Source: Candidatus Sericytochromatia bacterium (GTDB lineage: Bacteria; Cyanobacteriota; Sericytochromatia; S15B-MN24; UBA4093). Taken from it: a stretch of 10,936 bases of DNA. The stretch's first letter is position 1. The number at the start of each line of letters is the position of its first letter. The notes beneath the pieces are model-generated. The model was given only the letters and a program-made list of their open reading frames with translations. It was not told where the DNA came from and did no database searches. This document shows, one piece after another, positions 1-8,975 of this stretch. A program made the translations under genes and the position numbers. The DNA lies in the NCBI GenBank assembly GCA_036676495.1, contig JAKFCT010000042.1, forward strand, positions 1-10,936, in the 5' to 3' direction.

Positions 1-1331
<1,331 letters not shown>

Positions 1332-1374
1332 GAGTCTCTCCTTTTAAGCCCCAAGACGGGGACATCATGCTTAT

Positions 1375-1911
1375 TTAACGAACCAGATTCGCTTTCAGGG
1401 CGTCGAGGCGGGCACGGATCGAACCGTCCACCACCTGGTCCCCGATCTGCAGGACGGCTCCGCCCAGGATCTCGGGGTCGACCTTGGCCTCCATGACCAC
1501 TTCGCGGTTCCACTGGCGCTGAAGTTCGGCGCGCAGGGCCTCGATCTCGGCCGCGCCGAGGTCCATGGCGGTGGTGAGCTTGACGCCCACTTGCCGCTTC
1601 TGGGCCGCCACCATCTGGTGGAAGCGCGTGGAGATGGCTTCGAGGGCCATGAAGCGGCGCTTGTCGAGCAAGAGACGCAGGAAGTTGAAGGTGACCGGCT
1701 GCACGCGCGCCTCGAAGAGCTGCGCGGCGATCTGCTTCTTGTCCTCGATCCGGACGAGCGGGTGCTCCATCAGCGTGCGAAGCTCCCGGCTCTCCTGGAG
1801 GGTCTGCCGCACCAATTGAAGGTCGTTGTTGACGACCTCGACGCTGCTGTGCTGCTGGGCAACGCCGAACAAGGCGGTCGCGTAGCGCTCCGCAACTACT
1901 TGATTGCTAAT
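1375..1911 (-). CDS. atpH: F1Fo ATP synthase subunit delta (start uncertain: ATT at 1911 proposed; ORF track uses TTG at 1872)
   Basis: Delta motifs VAERYATALF (upstream of the TTG), NFLRLLLDKRR and VDPEILGGAVLQIGDQVVDGS; lies between b and alpha; 178 aa from ATT. Confidence 0.93.
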   Translation of the reverse strand: MSNQVVAERYATALFGVAQQHSSVEVVNNDLQLVRQTLQESRELRTLMEHPLVRIEDKKQIAAQLFEARVQPVTFNFLRLLLDKRRFMALEAISTRFHQMVAAQKRQVGVKLTTAMDLGAAEIEALRAELQRQWNREVVMEAKVDPEILGGAVLQIGDQVVDGSIRARLDALKANLVR

Positions 1912-2381
1912 GGCCGCTCACCCACCCTCTCTTTGAAATCGACGAACAGCTGATGCTGCCGATCCGAATTGAGTTCTGCCTTGATCTTGCGCTCGGCCTC
2001 CTCGAAGGCCAGGCGGGAGACCTCGCGGCGCAGCTCGGACAGCGCCGACTGCTTCTCGAGGTCGATCTGCTTGCGGGCCGACTCGGCGATCCGCTGGGAC
2101 TCGGCCTCGCCCTGCGCCTTCAGGTCCATCGCCAGCGCGTCGGCCATGGCCTTCGCGTTGACCTGGATCTTGGCGAGCTCGGTCTCGGCCTCGGCCAAGA
2201 GGCGCTTCTGCTCGGCGAGCGCTTCCTCAGCGGCCTTGCGGTTGGCGTCCGCGAGGCGCAGCGCCTCGGCGATCGCCTCCTGGCGCTGGGCCAGCGCATT
2301 GCCGATGGGCTTCTTGGCGAAATAAACGATGGTGCCCGCGAGCACGAGGAAGTTGATGAGCGCCCAAATACCCGTAATCAT
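1896..2381 (-). CDS. atpF: F1Fo ATP synthase subunit b
   Basis: N-terminal TM helix (WALINFLVLAGTIVYFAKKPI) followed by a long Ala/Glu/Lys coiled coil; ATG overlaps the upstream TAA (TAATG); directly before delta. Confidence 0.92.
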   Translation of the reverse strand: MITGIWALINFLVLAGTIVYFAKKPIGNALAQRQEAIAEALRLADANRKAAEEALAEQKRLLAEAETELAKIQVNAKAMADALAMDLKAQGEAESQRIAESARKQIDLEKQSALSELRREVSRLAFEEAERKIKAELNSDRQHQLFVDFKERVGERPLAIK

Positions 2382-2827
2382 TACGCCCCCCTCTGCGTGA
2401 CGGCCGGCTTGGCGTCCATCACCTTGGCGGAAATGGTGCCGGCGATCGCCGCCACTTCACTCCGCAGGGACTGGAGCGCCGTGTCGCGCTCGTGAGCGAT
2501 TTCCCCGCGCGCCGCCTCGATGACGGCAGCCGCCTGGGCACTCGCCTGAGCCAGCGCCTCGCGCCGCCGGGAATCGGCCTCGGCCGTCGCCTGAGCGACA
2601 ATGGCCTGGGCTTCCTCACGCGCCTTGCGCAGCCGCGCCTCGTAGTCGCGCTGAAGCGACTCGGTTTCCTTGAGGCTCTCCGAGGCCTTCTGCTGCTGTT
2701 CGAGCAAGTAGGCCTGGCGCGCCTCGATGGCCCGGACGATCGGACGGAAAAAGATCCGATTCATCAGGAACACGAAAACCAGAAAGCTCACCATCTGAAT
2801 GGCGATCGTCAGGTTGAAGTTGAACAT
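2381..2827 (-). CDS. atpF2: F1Fo ATP synthase subunit b' (called atpG in cyanobacterial nomenclature)
   Basis: MFNFNLTIAIQMVSFLVFVFLMNRIFFRPI resembles the cyanobacterial b' N-terminus (MFDFDATL...); coiled coil follows; GAGG RBS; first of two b-type genes. Confidence 0.9.
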   Translation of the reverse strand: MFNFNLTIAIQMVSFLVFVFLMNRIFFRPIVRAIEARQAYLLEQQQKASESLKETESLQRDYEARLRKAREEAQAIVAQATAEADSRRREALAQASAQAAAVIEAARGEIAHERDTALQSLRSEVAAIAGTISAKVMDAKPAVTQRGA

Positions 2828-3039
2828 CCAGTTGACCTCTACTGAGCAACGTGGGCCGCGGTACTAGGCCCCATTGCTTCCCTTCGGAAGCGCTTCCGGC
2901 GCGCCTTCTGCGCTGTCCCCGGAGCCAGACCGCTGACTCCGTGGCGTGGGGCCGAGTCGTGACCCGGCCCCCCAGGTTCTCTAGAGCTAACGTCGTTTCT
3001 GCAGGACAGCTGCGCTGCCTTACGAAACCGCCGCGGGCG

Positions 3040-3369
<330 letters not shown>

Positions 3370-3410
3370 TTAAGTGGCCATCCGAATTGGTGCCAATGGT
3401 GGGTGTACGA

Positions 3411-4148
3411 CTAGTGCGATTCCTGAACCGCCGCCCCGATGTAGGACGCCGAGAGAACCGCGAAGATGTAAGCCTGAATCGCCCCGATGAAGAGATCCAA
3501 CCCCATGATGGGAATCGGAACCAGGGCCGGCACCAACATCAAGAGAACCGCGATGACCACGTGGCCCGCCGTGACGTTGGCGAAAAGACGAAGCGCCAGG
3601 CTGAGCGGACGGGTGAGGTCTTCGAGCACCACGAACGGCAAGAGCCAGGGCATCGGCTGCACGTAGTGCTTGAAGTACTTCAGGCCCTTCTTCTGAATTC
3701 CGAAGAAGAAGTACGCCCCGAAGGACAGCAACGCCAGACCCGCCGTCGTGTTGATGTCGGCAGTGGGAGCATGGTAGCCATGGCCGACCACCCAGGGGAG
3801 ATGGAATCCCTCCCAGGCCTGCCAGGGCAACATGCTCAGCCAGTTGGAAACCAGAATGAAGATGAAGAGAGATCCGATGTAGGGGAGGTACTTCGCCGTC
3901 TGCGGCCCAATCTGGTCGCGAACGATCCCGAGGCTGAACTCCACCACTCCCTCGACGACCGTCTGCTTGCGGTTCGGGACTGCCGTCAGCCCCCGCGTCA
4001 GCAGGTAGCCCGCCACGAGGATCAGCCCCATGACCAGCCAGGTGTTCAGGATCGTGTCGAGGTGGACCTCGTAACCGCCCCAGTTCCCGGCGATATGCTC
4101 GGCAATCGGGGATTTCGCGGCTTGGCCCGCAGCGTTTTCAGTCGCCAC
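3411..4148 (-). CDS. atpB: F1Fo ATP synthase subunit a
   Basis: PTADINTT, RPLSLALRLFAN (essential Arg) and IQAYIFAVLSASYI motifs. GTG at 4148 is preferred over 4157 because TAAGGAG lies 8 nt upstream of it. Confidence 0.97.
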   Translation of the reverse strand: MATENAAGQAAKSPIAEHIAGNWGGYEVHLDTILNTWLVMGLILVAGYLLTRGLTAVPNRKQTVVEGVVEFSLGIVRDQIGPQTAKYLPYIGSLFIFILVSNWLSMLPWQAWEGFHLPWVVGHGYHAPTADINTTAGLALLSFGAYFFFGIQKKGLKYFKHYVQPMPWLLPFVVLEDLTRPLSLALRLFANVTAGHVVIAVLLMLVPALVPIPIMGLDLFIGAIQAYIFAVLSASYIGAAVQESH

Positions 4149-4160
4149 TGGTAACACTCC

Positions 4161-4571
4161 TTACTTCGTCGACGTATTCTCGGTGGCGGAACGGTACGCC
4201 TGGTACGCCATCACCCCGAACAACAGGATGCGATACACCAGGAACCCCCCGATCCATGCCACGAGGTTCACCGGAACAGATGACTTCATGGCCGCAATGA
4301 AGGCCAGTGCCACCCACCCCATTCGCACGGCCCGCCCCCCGAGGAGCACGAACCGGTCGAGCAATCCCAGCCGCTCGCCCTTGGCGCGAACGACGAAGGC
4401 TCCGGACCACCGCGCCAAGAGCGCGAGGTAGACCACCCCGGCGAGCCCTCCCCAGACCACCCCCAACGCCACCGACGCATCCGCCAGCAGCCAGGCGATG
4501 CCCCCCGCGAGGAGGACCGAGAGAAAGGTCGCGCCGACCAGGCGCCGCGGAAACGCTTCCCCGATCATCAC
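4161..4571 (-). CDS. atpI: ATP synthase protein I (multi-TM accessory protein)
   Basis: Hydrophobic ~136 aa protein with about four TM segments directly upstream of atpB; start overlaps the upstream stop (GTGATG). Called from position and hydrophobicity. Confidence 0.75.
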   Translation of the reverse strand: MMIGEAFPRRLVGATFLSVLLAGGIAWLLADASVALGVVWGGLAGVVYLALLARWSGAFVVRAKGERLGLLDRFVLLGGRAVRMGWVALAFIAAMKSSVPVNLVAWIGGFLVYRILLFGVMAYQAYRSATENTSTK

Positions 4572-4825
4572 GAATCCCGCTCCGATCGCGGCTCCCGCGA
4601 TTCACCTGAAGCCTCCTCAGATGACGAAAGGCCGGCTCCCCCGGAAGGTTCTCCGGGACCGGACTGTTCCATCACCTGGCGGTATACCGAGTACAACCCG
4701 GTCCCGAACCCCAGGAACAACCCAATGAAGAGGAAAAGCGGCGAAGTCCCGAACGTGCGATCGAGCCATATCCCCGCTACCAGACAAAAGACGACGGGTC
4801 CGACGAACGAGAGGGCCGAATGCAT
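4568..4825 (-). CDS. AtpZ/AtpI-family (ATPase gene 1) small membrane protein
   Basis: GPVVFCLVAGIWLDRTFGTSPLFLFIGLFLGFGTG matches the family pattern G-x-(W/Y)-LD-x-x-FGTxP; first gene of the operon. Confidence 0.85.
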   Translation of the reverse strand: MHSALSFVGPVVFCLVAGIWLDRTFGTSPLFLFIGLFLGFGTGLYSVYRQVMEQSGPGEPSGGAGLSSSEEASGESREPRSERDS

Positions 4826-4934
4826 CCGAAGTCCCCCGTTCTATCTCACCTGATCGCGTCGTCCATCCCCTCCGCGGCTCCCGTTTATCGGCCTAAGACG
4901 GCCTCCGGGCCCCGCTTAAATGAGTATTAATGCA

Positions 4935-4963
4935 AAGGTAACATAGTCTCGGCCCCCTTGCAA
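4935..4963 (-). promoter_or_regulatory. sigma70-type promoter of the atp operon
   Basis: Minus strand TTGCAA (4963-4958), 17-nt spacer, TACCTT (4940-4935) with extended -10 TGn, in the only AT-rich patch, about 110 nt upstream of the first atp gene. Confidence 0.6.
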
Positions 4964-5034
4964 CCGCGGACTCCGGGCTTTCGGGAGTTTTGCCGGGGGA
5001 AGTCGGGGGTATAGCAACCGAGGGAGGTGCGACG

Positions 5035-5931
5035 ATGGCCGGAACCGATTCCTTCAACACTTCCAACCCCCCGAAGCGCGGGGCCAACCCCTTCGGGGAC
5101 AAGTCCTACTCGGACTCCTTCGTCCGCGCGACCACCGCCCCCCTGGGCAAACGCGTGACCCGACCCCTTCAAGCCAGCTCGGAGATGCTCAGCGACAAGC
5201 TCAACGCCGTCGAGGAGCAGCTCTCCCTCTGCCGAACCATCATCGAACGCTTCGCCCAGCGAATGAAGCTGCTCAAGTCCGCCGAGGCCCTGATCAAGGC
5301 CGGTGGAGCCCCAGAACCGGCCGCGGCGGCGCCCGAACCCGAGCCCGAAGCCCCGCAGAAGCCGGGATTGGGGAAGCCCGGCCTCGGCAAGAAGCCCCTG
5401 GGCAAGCCCGCCCCCAAGCCGGCCGCTCCCGCTCCCAGCCCCGCCGCCAGCGGCATGGGAGGGCAAGAAAAAGCCATGGCCGCTGCCATCGCGGATCGCC
5501 TGCGCCAAGACCCCGACTTGCTCCGCCGCGCGCAGATCGCCCTCTTTCAGTTCGATGACGCCCAGCGCTCCGTCCAGGAGACGAGCAACCGCATCGACCC
5601 GATCCGGCACCTCGACCCCGAGCAGGCCTGGGACATGATCGAGGCCCTCGAAGTGTCCAAGCTGCAGGGCAAGGTCTATCCCATCTGCAACTTCCACGAG
5701 ATCTTCAAGCGCGACCCCATCCTCAGCCGGGTCTTCCCGCCTCCCGTGGGGGCCGCTGCCGCGAACTCCGCTCCGGGCATGCCTCCCGGACCCGCGCCCA
5801 TGGGGTCTGGCCCTCTGGGGTCTGCCCCGGGCGGGACGGCTCCCCTGGGATCGGGCTCGCCGGGGTCCGGTCCGTTGGGGTCGGGGCCGCTCGGCAAGCT
5901 GGATAACCTCAAGGGCTTCTTCAAGAAATAG
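5035..5931 (+). CDS. hypothetical protein (298 aa) with helical segments, Pro/Gly-rich repeats and C-terminal amphipathic helix
   Basis: GGGAGGTG RBS before ATG 5035; high-GC3 codon usage; KPGLG and GSGPL repeats; ends KLDNLKGFFKK. Confidence 0.8.
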   Translation: MAGTDSFNTSNPPKRGANPFGDKSYSDSFVRATTAPLGKRVTRPLQASSEMLSDKLNAVEEQLSLCRTIIERFAQRMKLLKSAEALIKAGGAPEPAAAAPEPEPEAPQKPGLGKPGLGKKPLGKPAPKPAAPAPSPAASGMGGQEKAMAAAIADRLRQDPDLLRRAQIALFQFDDAQRSVQETSNRIDPIRHLDPEQAWDMIEALEVSKLQGKVYPICNFHEIFKRDPILSRVFPPPVGAAAANSAPGMPPGPAPMGSGPLGSAPGGTAPLGSGSPGSGPLGSGPLGKLDNLKGFFKK

Positions 5932-5943
5932 CGGGCGGTCCCC

Positions 5944-7188
5944 TTAGGCGGTCGGGTTCGCATCCGGATCGCGCGGCTCGCCGTTGCCGGTCTCCGGCTC
6001 CCATGGGGGAATCGGCGGCGCCACCGGGGGGATGTCGGCTGCCGGCACGGGCTCGACCAGCTCCTCGGCGTACTTCGGCTGCGTCGCGGCCAGCAGATCC
6101 TGGGCCGGAACCTCGGTCTGCGTCTCGTGACGGCGGCGACCCTTGTACAGGAGCGCGATGATCTTGGCGACGGCCTGGAAGAGCTCGGGCGGAATGTCCT
6201 GCTCCACCTCGACCTGCTGGTAGAGGGCGCGAGCGGTCGGGGGATCCTCCACCACCAGGATGAAGTTCTCCTCGGCGATCCGGCGGATCTCCAGGGCATA
6301 GGCGTTCTTGCCCTTGGCGATGACCCGGGGGGATTTCTGGCCCTTCTTGGGTTTGTACTCGAGGGCGACGGCATAGTGGGTCGGGTTGGTGATGACCACG
6401 TCGGCATCCGCGACCGCGCCGCGGCCCGCGTTCATGGCCATTTCCATCTGCTTCTGGCGCAAGCGGCCCTTGACGTGCGGGTCGCCTTCCAGCTTCTTGT
6501 ACTCGTCCATGATCTCCTTGCGGGACATCTTCAGGGACTTGTTGTACTGCCAGCGCTGGAGGAACCAGTCGAGGCCCGCGATCGCCACCATGGCCAGCGC
6601 CACCTTCTGCCCGATGCTCAGCACCATGCTGCCTGCAAAGCCCATGGCCGCGCCGATCGACATGTCGGAGGTCTGGAGGATGGGGCCCATCATGTCCATG
6701 ATCGAGCTGTAGAAGAGCCAGCCGATCACGATCAGCTTGATGAAGGCCTTGCCGAGCTCGATCAGCTTCTTCACCGAGAAGATGTTCTTGAAGCCCTTGA
6801 TCGGGTTGAGCTTCTTGATCCCCTCGGAGGGATTGAGCGGCTTGGTGGTGAAGAGCACGCCCACCTGCATGAAGTTGCCGGCCCAGGCGATGAAGAAGGC
6901 GATCGCCGCCATCGGCGCCGAGCAGATCAGGATGATCAGGCAGGCCTTCAGGAGGATCCCCAGGACGCCCGTCAGCTCGTAGTCGGTGTAGAGGTGGAGG
7001 TTCTCGAAGGTCTCCACGAAGAAGGCGTAGCACCAGCGGAAGATGTTCTGGGCCACGAAGGAGATCGAGTAGGCGAACGCGAACAAGAGGGCCGCCACGA
7101 TGGCGTCCTGGCTCTTGAGGACGTTGCCGGATTTCCGTGCTTCCTGGCGTTTATGGTCTGTTGCGGGTTCTGTTTTTTCTTCGCCCAT
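5944..7188 (-). CDS. flhB: FlhB/EscU/SctU family type III export substrate-specificity switch protein
   Basis: EEKTEPATDHKRQEARKSG N-terminus, KLNPIKGFKNIFS, KMSRKEIMDEYKKLEGDPHVKGRLR, autocleavage motif NPTH (6376-6387), ARALY...IPPELFQAVAKII. Confidence 0.95.
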   Translation of the reverse strand: MGEEKTEPATDHKRQEARKSGNVLKSQDAIVAALLFAFAYSISFVAQNIFRWCYAFFVETFENLHLYTDYELTGVLGILLKACLIILICSAPMAAIAFFIAWAGNFMQVGVLFTTKPLNPSEGIKKLNPIKGFKNIFSVKKLIELGKAFIKLIVIGWLFYSSIMDMMGPILQTSDMSIGAAMGFAGSMVLSIGQKVALAMVAIAGLDWFLQRWQYNKSLKMSRKEIMDEYKKLEGDPHVKGRLRQKQMEMAMNAGRGAVADADVVITNPTHYAVALEYKPKKGQKSPRVIAKGKNAYALEIRRIAEENFILVVEDPPTARALYQQVEVEQDIPPELFQAVAKIIALLYKGRRRHETQTEVPAQDLLAATQPKYAEELVEPVPAADIPPVAPPIPPWEPETGNGEPRDPDANPTA

Positions 7189-7205
7189 GAAATCTTCCCT
7201 GTTGG

Positions 7206-7347
7206 GTCCCCCCTTGACGGGGGGACGGGGCGAAGCCCCAGGGGGGTGTTACTGCTCCCAGGTTCCTTAGTAACGAGGAACGCCATGGCTGCGCCGGCTA
7301 ACACCCCCCACCCGGCTGCGCCGGGTGTCCCCCCGTCGAGGGGGGAC
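7206..7347. repeat. inverted doublet of ~46-49 bp palindromic (REP/REPIN-like) units
   Basis: Unit A (7206-7251, minus) and unit B (7299-7347, plus) both read TAACACCCCCC-[hairpin with GGC-TNC-GCC core]-GTCCCCCCGTCRAGGGGGGAC. Confidence 0.75.
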
Positions 7348-7516
7348 ATGACGAGGTGTGGGCCTGCGGCCCTTCTGTGGTGACCTGCAACACGGTACGC
7401 CGGCCGGACTTCCCTTACTATACCCTTCAGCACGCACCAGCGCGAATTCAACTGGGTTTCAGCCCGATCGGGAGTCCGATCGCGGGGCAAATCGTGCTGC
7501 GCACGGGAGGTCACGG

Positions 7517-8395
7517 ATGTCCTTGCAAGAGCCCCTCACCGAGTTCATCGACTATCTCTTGGTCGAACGCGGTCTGTCGGAGCACACCCTCTCCGCCTAT
7601 CACAACGATTTGCGCCAGTACTCCGAGTTCCTGAACACCCAGGGGACCGCCAGCTATGCGGCGACCACCCGCTTCACCATCACCCTCTTCACCAAGGAAC
7701 TCCGGGATCGCGGGCTTGCCGCGAGCTCGATCGCGCGGAAGATCGCCGCCATCAAAAGTTTCTACCATTACCTGCTGCGCGAGCGCCTGATCGACACCGA
7801 CCCCACCCTCGAGATCGAGCGTCCCAAGACCGGGCGCTACCTGCCCAAGGTCCTCAACCAGAGCGAGGTGGCCCGCCTGATCGAGCAGCCCGCCGATCTC
7901 CGCGACAAGGCCATCCTCGAGCTGCTTTACGCCGCGGGCCTGCGGGTCTCGGAGCTCACCTGCATCAACGTCCAGGACGTCAACCTCACTTCCGGCTATG
8001 TTCGCTGCCTCGGCAAGGGCTCCAAGGAACGCCTCGTTCCCCTGAGCCGGACCGCCGTGAACGCCATCGGCAACTACCTCCAAGAGGTGCGCCCGGTGCT
8101 CAAGCCCCGTAGCCAGGAGCGGGCCCTCTTCTTGAACTACGCCGGTCGGCGCCTCACGCGTCAGGGCATCTGGAAGGTGGTCAAGGAGGCCGCCCGCGAC
8201 GCCGGCATCACCAAGGAGATCACCCCGCATACCCTCCGCCACTCCTTCGCCACGCACCTGCTGGAGAACGGAGCGGACCTGCGCGCGGTCCAGGAGATGC
8301 TCGGCCACGCCGACATCTCGACCACTCAGCTTTACACGCACGTCTCCAAGCGCCGCCTCAAAGAGGTCTACACCCAGGCCCACCGGCGCGCCTGA
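7517..8395 (+). CDS. xerD: site-specific tyrosine recombinase XerD
   Basis: GGGAGG RBS before ATG 7517 (292 aa); ERGLSEHTLSAY N-terminal domain; catalytic motifs GLRVSEL, GKGSKER, HTLRHSFATH, LGHADISTTQLY; XerD-like LTRQGIWK. Confidence 0.93.
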   Translation: MSLQEPLTEFIDYLLVERGLSEHTLSAYHNDLRQYSEFLNTQGTASYAATTRFTITLFTKELRDRGLAASSIARKIAAIKSFYHYLLRERLIDTDPTLEIERPKTGRYLPKVLNQSEVARLIEQPADLRDKAILELLYAAGLRVSELTCINVQDVNLTSGYVRCLGKGSKERLVPLSRTAVNAIGNYLQEVRPVLKPRSQERALFLNYAGRRLTRQGIWKVVKEAARDAGITKEITPHTLRHSFATHLLENGADLRAVQEMLGHADISTTQLYTHVSKRRLKEVYTQAHRRA

Positions 8396-8411
8396 GTCTC
8401 GACGCCGATCG

Positions 8412-8453
8412 AAAAAAATGCGAGGGGCCGGTGGCATGCCACCGGCCCCTCGC
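8412..8453 (-). terminator. intrinsic terminator between convergent genes
   Basis: Perfect 34-bp palindrome 8420-8453 followed on the minus strand by A and seven T (A-run 8412-8418); begins 10 nt after the stop of the 8463-8975 gene. Confidence 0.85.
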
Positions 8454-8462
8454 GCATGCGAG

Positions 8463-8975
8463 TTAGGGGTTGGAGCTGAGCTTCTGCACCTCGCGCAGCA
8501 AGTCGCGGTCCCGCTTCAAGCCGCCGAGGAGGTGGTTGTAAAGGGAGATCTGGCGCTGCCGGAAGCGGACGGCGTTGTCGGAGGCGACCAGGCCCGTGGA
8601 GCGCTCCTTGGCGGTGAGCACGAAGGATTCGCTGTCGGCCCGGGAGGCCGAAAGGAGGGCGCGAATACGCTGTAGGCGCGGGTCGTCGGTCTCGGGGGCG
8701 ATCGCCTCGGTGATCTCCGTGGCAATCGTCCACTCGGCGATCAGCTCGTCGAGCAGGCCCCGGGTGGCGGTGCCGTAGCGATCGCCGAAGTCTTCGAGGT
8801 TGCCGTAGGCGTTGAGCGCGTCGTCGATCGAGTCGAGCGCCTCCTCGCTGAGCTTGGAGATCTCGACGAAGGGATCGGGCTTCGGGACGGGCTGCGCCCA
8901 TGCCGGGGCGGCCATCAGGGCGATCGCCGCTGCCGCCGCCCAAGCCTTTTTCCGCAAACGCTTCTCGATGCGCAT
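8463..8975 (-). CDS. hypothetical exported alpha-helical protein
   Basis: AAGGAGG 6 nt before ATG 8975; Sec-type signal peptide (basic RIEKRLRKK, hydrophobic AWAAAAAIALMAAP, AWA|Q site); has its own terminator. Confidence 0.8.
   Translation of the reverse strand: MRIEKRLRKKAWAAAAAIALMAAPAWAQPVPKPDPFVEISKLSEEALDSIDDALNAYGNLEDFGDRYGTATRGLLDELIAEWTIATEITEAIAPETDDPRLQRIRALLSASRADSESFVLTAKERSTGLVASDNAVRFRQRQISLYNHLLGGLKRDRDLLREVQKLSSNP

Noticed and set aside
4846-4866. Six-codon uORF MDDAIR in the atp leader
   Set aside because: GGAGG is only 2 nt from the ATG, too close for efficient initiation; no other support.
5803-5895. Short tandem DNA repeats as a CRISPR array or VNTR
   Set aside because: Degenerate 15-nt in-frame coding repeats without spacers.
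5921-7033. 370-aa alternative-frame ORF inside flhB (and 8368-8943 inside the exported-protein gene)
   Set aside because: Arg/Gly/Pro-rich off-frame translation typical of GC-rich DNA.
7190-7415. Known riboswitch or ncRNA (c-di-GMP, SRP, RNase P, 6S) upstream of flhB
   Set aside because: No diagnostic conserved motifs found by eye; the structure is better explained by two inverted repeat units. An Rfam scan was not possible.
7358-7516. N-terminal extension of XerD in the ORF track
   Set aside because: Strong RBS and family-typical N-terminus at ATG 7517; the extension overlaps the divergent promoter region.
7517-8395. Tyrosine recombinase as a prophage/island integrase or integron integrase
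   Set aside because: Sequence is a typical housekeeping XerD with no IntI insertion; no tRNA, att, attC or dif site seen nearby.
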